The position numbers were made by a program, and so were the translations under genes. This document shows positions 44,501 to 49,333 of a stretch of 49,333 nt of DNA, one piece after another (positions within the stretch are counted from its first letter, which is position 1; each line of letters begins with the position of its first letter). The notes below the pieces were generated by a model. The model had not been told where the DNA came from. It saw only the letters and a list, made by a program, of their open reading frames with translations, and did not search any database. The stretch spans positions 1,333 to 50,665 of the forward strand of contig CAZDCT010000001.1 of NCBI GenBank assembly GCA_964504075.1, in the 5' to 3' direction. The DNA comes from an uncultured Candidatus Saccharibacteria bacterium. Its GTDB lineage: Bacteria; Patescibacteriota; Minisyncoccia; Minisyncoccales; DG-74-3.

Positions 44501-44736
44501 GAGGAGTTATTTCTAAAATCAAAAAAATTATCACTAAAAATGGAAAGCCAATGCTTTTTGTTAAATTAGAAGATTTAACAGATAAAATTGAGGTTGTTGT
44601 TTTCCCAAAAGTTATGGAACAAAATCCAGCTGCTTTCCGGGAAAATAAGGTTGTTTTAATTCAGGGCAAATTAGATGATAGGGGTGGAGAGAAAAAACTA
44701 ATCTGTAACAATATTGAAGAAATTACAGAGGCTTGA
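41572..44736 (+). CDS. dnaE: DNA polymerase III alpha subunit
   Basis: PHP domain (FTHLHVHSHYSLLDG...TDHGN), polymerase core (MPDIDLDF, GLLKMDFLGL, RPGPM, FNKSHSACYA), HhH and OB C-terminus. Confidence 0.95.
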   Translation: MKFTHLHVHSHYSLLDGLSKIDELLDYVKELGMDSVAVTDHGNIYGAVEFYKKAKAKGIKPIIGCEIYLSYEKMSQKRPNIDDKRFHLILLVKNEQGYKNLVKLITKAHLEGFYYRPRVDEELLAQHSEGLIACSACLQGKIPQLILAKKIEEAEKLALKYQQIFGKGNFYLELQNHPNIKEQGVVNQELIKISKKLNIPLIATNDSHYLKPEDAEAQDILMLINTGGDLNDRDRLTLKADDFSLKSPQKMIKDFKHVPQAIENTQKIVEQCNFEFILGETKLPKFQVPNGKTPDDYLKELCLVGIKKRYQIIKQKEPMKRLEYELSIIKKMGFASYFLIVQDFVNWAKENRIVVGPGRGSVAGSITSYALNITTVDPLKYNLLFERFLNPSRISMPDIDLDFTDRRRDEVIDYVSQKYGKDRVAQIITFGTMAARAAIRDVGRALGYPYGYCDRIAKLIPFGFKLDHTLKKIVEFRQIYETEEQAKRLIDFARKLEGTVRHVSTHACGIVISAEPLDNIVPLQHPTQDDTSIVTQYEMHAIEDLGLLKMDFLGLKNLTIIEDTLARIYAIRKKSIDIEKLAPGDRKTYQLLQKAETIGVFQLEGEGIRRYLKQLKPTEFEDIIAMIALYRPGPMSLIPEYIQRKEGKRKIEYIHPSLETILKPTYGIMIFQEQLMQIAQELAGFSLAEADILRKAVGKKIESLLVAQKEKFIDGAIKNGVKREIASKVWDWILPFARYGFNKSHSACYATIAYQTAYLKTHYPVEFMSALLTSEKSDTERIGFLIDECKKMKIEVLAPDINESFRNFSVVPKTNKIRFGLFAIKNVGENIVNSIISERKADGPYKSITDFISRVDPQVINKKSLESLIKAGVFDKFAERNQLLHNIERLLSYARENKNQKISGQKILFSKKTFNSDFYLEPAPPAKKSEKLNWEKELLGLFVTSHPLDDFRAILAKNAVRISELTPSLNYNQVRIGGVISKIKKIITKNGKPMLFVKLEDLTDKIEVVVFPKVMEQNPAAFRENKVVLIQGKLDDRGGEKKLICNNIEEITEA

Positions 44737-44760
44737 CAAACATTTCTAATATCTTAAAAT
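44733..44760 (+). promoter_or_regulatory. Promoter overlapping the dnaE stop codon
   Basis: TTGACA (44733-44738, contains the dnaE TGA), 16 nt, TAAAAT (44755-44760). Confidence 0.6.
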
Positions 44761-44768
44761 AAAAACAG

Positions 44769-44822
44769 ATGTTAATTTGTTTAAAAAAATTCAATATAAC
44801 AACCACAACAACTTCTTTTTAG
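44769..44822 (+). CDS. Putative Thr-rich leader peptide MLICLKKFNITTTTTSF (thrS attenuator)
   Basis: ATG lies 8 nt after the -10. Five consecutive Thr codons ACA ACC ACA ACA ACT (44799-44813). The TAG overlaps the antiterminator arm. Confidence 0.6.
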   Translation: MLICLKKFNITTTTTSF

Positions 44823-44858
44823 GTCAACTGAGGATATTTTTTAATTTTCAGCTGGCCT
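44821..44858 (+). promoter_or_regulatory. Antiterminator hairpin of thrS leader
   Basis: AGGUCAACUGA (44821-31) pairs with UCAGCUGGCCU (44848-58) at 10 of 11 positions (one G-U, one A-C mismatch). Shares GGCCU with the terminator 5' arm. Confidence 0.55.
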
Positions 44859-44880
44859 CTTCAAAAAGAGGTTTTTGTTT
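44856..44880 (+). terminator. Intrinsic terminator inside the thrS leader
   Basis: CCUCUU-CAAA-AAGAGG followed by UUUUUGUUU. Confidence 0.65.
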
Positions 44881-44891
44881 ATAAGTCGAAG

Positions 44892-44958
44892 GATATTATT
44901 CACAGAGCACTGTTTTCGATAGAATACTGTACTCAAAGAGCTAAAGCTCTTTTCGACA
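44892..44958 (+). repeat. Copy B of the ~55-nt intergenic element (with a 14-17-nt insertion)
   Basis: GATATTATT..CAGAGCACTG..[insert]..TACTCAAAGAGCTAAAGCTCTTTTCGACA is collinear with the minus-strand sense of 2571..2626. Confidence 0.55.
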
Positions 44959-44975
44959 GAGTCTGGTGACTCTGT
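44956..44975 (+). other. Hairpin with GGU-containing loop about 35 nt upstream of thrS ATG
   Basis: ACAGAGUC-UGGU-GACUCUGU. If the closing C-G pair opens, the 7-nt loop reads CUGGUGA. Confidence 0.4.
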
Positions 44976-45008
44976 AATTAAAAATTAAAAAACTAAATAA
45001 CTAAAAAT

Positions 45009-46739
45009 ATGGCTAAAATAGAAACGATTAGACATTCGCTGTCTCATATTATGGCAGCAGCAGTTCAAGAGCTTTTTCCAAAAGTAAAATTTGGAATTGG
45101 ACCAGCGATTGAAAATGGTTTTTACTATGATTTTGAGTTTCCTAAAAATCTGAGTCCGAACGATCTACCTAAAATTGAAAAGAAAATGAAAGAACTTATT
45201 AAAAGAAATGTTCCTTTTAAAAAGCTAAGTGTTTCTAAAAAAGAAGCTCAAAAAATCTTTAAAGGACAACCCTATAAACTGGATTTAATTAAAGAATTAA
45301 AAAGCAGTGAAGTCAATCTTTATCAAAGTGGAGAGTTTACAGATTTGTGCAAAGGTCCTCATGTCAGGTCAAGCAAAGAACTTTCTCTTCATGCTTTTAA
45401 GTTAACCAAAATTGCTGGAGCTTATTGGAAAGGAAGCGAAAAAAACCCAATGCTTCAAAGGATTTATGCTCTTGCTTTTAATTCTAAGAAAGAATTGGAT
45501 GATTTTCTTAAACAAGAAGTAGAAGCAGAAAAAAGAGACCATCGTAAATTAGGCAAAAAATTAGAACTTTTTATGATTGATGAAGAATTTGGGCAAGGTT
45601 TACCTTTATGGCTTCCCAAAGGAGCAATTATCAGAAAAATTATTATGGATTTTGCTCTAAATACCTACTTAAACAGAGGCTATCAATTGGTTGCCACTCC
45701 CCATATTGCAAACCTGAAATTATGGAAAAGATCTGGTCATTGGGATTTTTATCGAGAAAGCATGTATTCTCCAATAAAAGTAGAAAAAGAGTTTTACATG
45801 ATTAAACCAATGAATTGCCCTGGTCATGTTAAAATTTATGATTCAAAAATAAGGTCATATAAGAATTTACCTTTAAGATTTACCGAGATGGGAACTGTTT
45901 ATAGGTATGAAAGATCAGGAACCCTGCATGGCTTGGTAAGAGTAAGAGGCTTTACTCAAGATGATGCTCACATTTTCTGCACTCCAGAACAATTACACTC
46001 AGAGCTCTTAGAAATGATTGATTTAACCTTATATATTTTGAGAAGTTTTGGTTTCAAAAAGTTTGAAATTTCTCTTTCTGTTCGTGATATAAAAAAGAAA
46101 AAAAAGTATTTGGGAGATGATAAGGTTTGGAAATTGGCTGAAAAAGCCTTAGAAAACGCTTTAAAAACCAAAAAGCTTTCTTATACTCGCTATCTAGGAG
46201 AGGCGGTCTTTTATGGACCTAAGATTGATTTTTTGGTTTCAGACGCTATTGGTAGAAAATGGCAATTAACAACTATTCAAGTAGATTTTAATTTTCCAGA
46301 AAAATTTGATCTCAATTATATTGATAAAAAGGGGAAGAAGAAAAGACCAATTATGCTTCATCGAGCACTGTTGGGCTCTTTAGAAAGATTTATTGGGGTG
46401 CTGATTGAACATTATGAAGGTGCTTTTCCTTTGTGGTTATCGCCCATCCAATTCATGATTATTCCAGTGGGTTCAAAACATAGAAACTTTGCAAAAAAAG
46501 TTGCCGAAAGTTTAAAGGAGCAAAGCTTCAGAGCAATAGTAAAAGATGAAACCGAAACTGTTTCAAAAAAGATAAGAGAGGGAGAAATTCAAAAAATCCC
46601 CTATCTCTTGGTTGTTGGTGATAAAGAAATGAAAAGTCAATCAGTTAGGGTAAGAAAAAGAGGAAAAGGTGATATCGGAATAATGAAATTGTCTAAATTC
46701 TTAGAAAAAGTTAAAATAGAACAAGAGTCGAAAAAATAA
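45009..46739 (+). CDS. thrS: Threonyl-tRNA synthetase (short form lacking N-terminal TGS domain)
   Basis: Starts in the editing/SAD domain (IRHSLSHIMA...DLCKGPHV). Class II motifs (FYMIKPMNCPGH, YRYERSG, GFTQDDAHIF, FYGPKID) and a C-terminal anticodon-binding domain. Confidence 0.95.
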   Translation: MAKIETIRHSLSHIMAAAVQELFPKVKFGIGPAIENGFYYDFEFPKNLSPNDLPKIEKKMKELIKRNVPFKKLSVSKKEAQKIFKGQPYKLDLIKELKSSEVNLYQSGEFTDLCKGPHVRSSKELSLHAFKLTKIAGAYWKGSEKNPMLQRIYALAFNSKKELDDFLKQEVEAEKRDHRKLGKKLELFMIDEEFGQGLPLWLPKGAIIRKIIMDFALNTYLNRGYQLVATPHIANLKLWKRSGHWDFYRESMYSPIKVEKEFYMIKPMNCPGHVKIYDSKIRSYKNLPLRFTEMGTVYRYERSGTLHGLVRVRGFTQDDAHIFCTPEQLHSELLEMIDLTLYILRSFGFKKFEISLSVRDIKKKKKYLGDDKVWKLAEKALENALKTKKLSYTRYLGEAVFYGPKIDFLVSDAIGRKWQLTTIQVDFNFPEKFDLNYIDKKGKKKRPIMLHRALLGSLERFIGVLIEHYEGAFPLWLSPIQFMIIPVGSKHRNFAKKVAESLKEQSFRAIVKDETETVSKKIREGEIQKIPYLLVVGDKEMKSQSVRVRKRGKGDIGIMKLSKFLEKVKIEQESKK

Positions 46740-46754
46740 TTAATTGAATAAACT

Positions 46755-47963
46755 ATGTTAAACAAAAAAAGAGTGTTTTTTCTGAGCATTATTCTCTTGG
46801 GTGGTTTAATGCTTGGCGGTTTTGTATTGGCCCAAGAAAATGACGATCAAATTATTGATCAAGCAATAGTTCTTGATGAAGACATTGAGGCAGAAGATTT
46901 AGGAATCGGAAAACCAATCATTCTTCCTGACAATCCTTTTTATTTCCTAAAAACTTGGGCAAGAAACATTAGACAAGCTTTTGCTTTTAGAAATGTTGTT
47001 AAAGCAGAATTAATGGAAAAATTTGCTAATGAAAAGCTAATGGAGCTTAAAGAAATGGTTAAAAGAGAAAAAAGCGTAGAAGTTATTAAAAGAGCTGCTG
47101 ATAATTATGAAGAAGAAATTGAAAAGATAAAAGACGTTACTGGTAAAATCAAAGAAAAAGCCCAAGAAAGCCCTGAGGTTGAAAGATTTTTAGATAAGTT
47201 TGTAAAACATCAGATTTTGCATCAAAGAATTTTACAAAAATTAGAAGATCAGGTTCCTGCGGAAAACATGGAAAAAATAACAGAAATGCGAGAAAAACAT
47301 TTGGAGACATTTGGAGAAGTAATGACTAAACTGGAAGATAGGTCAGAAAAGCTTAAAGAAACACTAGAAACTAAAATGGAAGAAATTGAAGGTTCAAAAT
47401 ATAAAAATTTCAAAAATTTAGAAATTTTATCAGAATTAGAAGAAATGGTTCCTGAACAAATAAAAGAAACTGTTAGGGAAGTTAAAGAAAATACCTTAAT
47501 GAAATTCAAGGTTGAATTAGAAAAAATGCCTGTTCAAGATCAAGAAAGATTTGGTGATTACTTAGAAAAAATTAGTGGAGAAGAAGAAAATCAAGTCAGA
47601 GTTTTGGAAAGTTTAAGAATGAAATTAAAAGAAACACCAAAAATTGAGCAGAACATCATTCAATCTAGAGATAAGGCCTTGGAGCAGGTTCAGCAAAGAA
47701 CTCAGGAAGAAATAAAGCAGGAAACCCAAAGTGAAGTCCAAGAGCAAACCCAAGAAAGGATTCAAGAAAAAAAACAAGTTTGTATAAGTTTGTGGGATCC
47801 TGTTTGTGGCGCTGACGGAAGAACCTATTCTAATGAATGTTTTGCCGAAATAGCTGGAGTAGGCATAAAATACAGAGGAGCTTGTCAAAAAGAAAGTGTA
47901 ACACAACCCATTGATCTTCAACAAATCAAAGAAAGGGTCAGACAATCAACGGATATTAAGTAA
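46755..47963 (+). CDS. Secreted/anchored coiled-coil protein with C-terminal Kazal-like domain
   Basis: N-terminal signal/TM (VFFLSIILLGGLMLGGFVLA), long E/K-rich helical region, C-terminal CISLWDPVCGADGRTYSNECFAEIAGVGIKYRGAC. Confidence 0.65.
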   Translation: MLNKKRVFFLSIILLGGLMLGGFVLAQENDDQIIDQAIVLDEDIEAEDLGIGKPIILPDNPFYFLKTWARNIRQAFAFRNVVKAELMEKFANEKLMELKEMVKREKSVEVIKRAADNYEEEIEKIKDVTGKIKEKAQESPEVERFLDKFVKHQILHQRILQKLEDQVPAENMEKITEMREKHLETFGEVMTKLEDRSEKLKETLETKMEEIEGSKYKNFKNLEILSELEEMVPEQIKETVREVKENTLMKFKVELEKMPVQDQERFGDYLEKISGEEENQVRVLESLRMKLKETPKIEQNIIQSRDKALEQVQQRTQEEIKQETQSEVQEQTQERIQEKKQVCISLWDPVCGADGRTYSNECFAEIAGVGIKYRGACQKESVTQPIDLQQIKERVRQSTDIK

Positions 47964-47968
47964 GGCAA

Positions 47969-49294
47969 ATGAAATATTTTGTAATCACTTATGGCTGTCA
48001 GCTAAATCAATCTGATAGCGAAAGAATTATTTCAGTATTAGAAACTGCAGGATATCAATCAGCCCCGACAATGAGCGGGGCTGATTTAATTGTGATTAAT
48101 ATGTGCTCTATCAGACAATCGGCAGTTGATAGAGTTTATGGTAAAATACAAGATTTTATTAAGCTAAAAAATAAAAACCCAAATATTAAAACACTACTTT
48201 CTGGATGTATTTTAAAAAAAGATTTAAAAAAGTTTAAACAACAATTCGATTTTATTCTTCCAATTAAAACTTTAAAAAAATGGCCTGCAATTCTTAATAA
48301 GGAAACTTATTTTTATTATCCCAACCCAAGAGAAAATCAATTTAATAAACAATTCTCTACTAATTATTTCTTTGTTCAAACCAAGCCTCTAAATGATTTT
48401 TCAATACAGGTTCCCATTTCTTCTGGGTGTAATAATTTTTGCACTTATTGTGTTGTGCCATATGTTAGAGGATCTTTAATTTGCAGATCTCATAAGGAAA
48501 TTTTAAAAGAAATACGTGGTTTTATTAAAAAAGGATTTAAAGAAATATGGCTCTTAGGTCAAAATGTTAATGATTATACCTCTCCTTTCGATAAAACAAT
48601 AAACTTTCCAAAACTTTTAAAAATGGTTAATGGTATTCCAGGTCGTTTCTGGATTCGTTTTACTTCTCCTCATCCCAAAAACTTTTCTAAAGAACTAATT
48701 GATATCATGGCAAGTTGTAAAAAAATAACCCCATATCTTAATCTACCAGTTCAGTCAGGAGATAATAAGATTTTAAAAAAAATGAATCGTCCCTATACTG
48801 TTGAAAAATATAAAAGATTGGTAAAAAGAATCAGGAAAAAAATTCCAAACATTTGTTTATCTACTGACGTAATTGTTGGTTTTCCTGGAGAAACAAAAAA
48901 ACAATTTGAAAACACTGTTAAGCTTTTTAAAGAAATAAAATATGACATGGCCTATATTTCTATTTATTCTTCAAGGACCGAAACAGCTGCTTTTAAATTT
49001 AAGCATGTTATCCCCCACCATGAAAAACAAAGAAGACATAAAAGATTAACCGAGATTCTTAAACAAACTGCTTTAGAAAATAATAAAAAATACATTGGTA
49101 AAACAGCAGATGTTTTAATGACTAAATCTAAAAACGGATTTTTGATTGGTAAAACCGACACATATAAAACAGTTAGGTTTCAGGTTTCAAGTTTCAAGTT
49201 TCAAGATTTAATTGGTAAATTCGTAAAAGTCAAAATTATAGATGCTTTTCCCTGGGGACTAAAAGGAGTTTACATGGAATTGGTTTGTACTTGA
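47969..49294 (+). CDS. miaB: MiaB-family radical SAM methylthiotransferase
   Basis: UPF0004 N-domain (ITYGCQLNQSDSE, NMCSIRQ), CNNFCTYCVVP cluster, C-terminal TRAM domain. Confidence 0.85.
   Translation: MKYFVITYGCQLNQSDSERIISVLETAGYQSAPTMSGADLIVINMCSIRQSAVDRVYGKIQDFIKLKNKNPNIKTLLSGCILKKDLKKFKQQFDFILPIKTLKKWPAILNKETYFYYPNPRENQFNKQFSTNYFFVQTKPLNDFSIQVPISSGCNNFCTYCVVPYVRGSLICRSHKEILKEIRGFIKKGFKEIWLLGQNVNDYTSPFDKTINFPKLLKMVNGIPGRFWIRFTSPHPKNFSKELIDIMASCKKITPYLNLPVQSGDNKILKKMNRPYTVEKYKRLVKRIRKKIPNICLSTDVIVGFPGETKKQFENTVKLFKEIKYDMAYISIYSSRTETAAFKFKHVIPHHEKQRRHKRLTEILKQTALENNKKYIGKTADVLMTKSKNGFLIGKTDTYKTVRFQVSSFKFQDLIGKFVKVKIIDAFPWGLKGVYMELVCT
49177..49204. repeat. Heptanucleotide tandem repeat (GTTTCAR) x4 inside miaB 3' region
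   Basis: GTTTCAG GTTTCAA GTTTCAA GTTTCAA read directly. Confidence 0.85.
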
Positions 49295-49318
49295 CAATTT
49301 TCAATAATTATATAAAAT
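49291..49318 (+). promoter_or_regulatory. Promoter overlapping the miaB stop codon
   Basis: TTGACA (49291-49296, contains the miaB TGA), 16 nt, TAAAAT (49313-49318), then AGGTG SD-like at the window end. Confidence 0.55.
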
Positions 49319-49333
49319 AAAAAGTAGGTGTTT

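Noticed and set aside
44737-45008. T-box riboswitch upstream of thrS.
   Set aside because: There is no T-box 14-mer (AAUUAGGGUGGUACCGCG-like), no recognisable Stem I with specifier loop or AG bulge, and the leader is much shorter and simpler than T-box leaders. The leader-peptide attenuator explains the terminator better.
1-49333. CRISPR arrays, transposases, integrases, prophage or alternative genetic code (UGA recoding).
   Set aside because: The only tandem repeats are contiguous 7-nt and 12-nt units without spacers. No IS, integrase or phage structural genes were recognised. TGA clearly terminates dnaE and miaB at conserved C-termini, and long conserved genes are intact under code 11.

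Overview
This is a 49.3-kb, low-GC (roughly 30% by eye), very gene-dense bacterial fragment. I call about 57 CDS and 5 tRNAs. Most are housekeeping genes with short or overlapping junctions. Small gene sizes, K/E-rich tails on ribosomal proteins, an rpsP-KH-trmD cluster without rimM/rplS, and many hypothetical membrane proteins suggest a streamlined Patescibacteria/CPR-like genome; that assignment is inference only.

Recognisable content:
- Replication and recombination: dnaB (partial), recR, rmuC, rarA, rnhB, dnaE.
- Truncated dcw cluster: mraZ-rsmH-ftsL-like-ftsI.
- Ribosome and translation: rplU, rplJ-rplL, rpmG flanked by tRNAs, rpsP, rpmF, trmD, rnc, nusB, rlmN, thrS, miaB.
- Transport: a Ca2+ P-type ATPase with a CaCA exchanger, and a MacAB-like ABC efflux trio.
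- Other: fni, pcm, mltG, a membrane-anchored Clp/Hsp100-like ATPase, and two Cas4-like PD-(D/E)XK nucleases, one overlapping an ATP-cone/Mrr-like nuclease gene.

No CRISPR array, integrase, transposase or prophage block is visible.

The most interesting signal is non-coding. The 272-nt dnaE-thrS spacer carries a near-consensus promoter, then a 17-codon ORF with five consecutive Thr codons, then mutually exclusive antiterminator and terminator hairpins. This is a his/trp-style ribosome-mediated attenuator placed in front of threonyl-tRNA synthetase.

Other observations:
- Phased GTGGATAA (= TTATCCACA, the DnaA-box consensus) repeats lie in the mraZ leader.
- Many -10 boxes sit 6-13 nt from the ATG, which suggests leaderless mRNAs.
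- Several CDS abut tRNA 3' ends.
- -35 hexamers are embedded in stop codons or terminator arms.
- Three visibly GC-richer single- or two-gene islands each carry their own promoter and terminator: a DHH-like orphan whose SD is sequestered in a hairpin, a SIS-domain protein, and two small proteins.
- There is an orphan TcdE-type holin.
- Two heptanucleotide tandem repeats lie inside CDSs.

All protein calls rest on motif recognition from memory. No searches were run.
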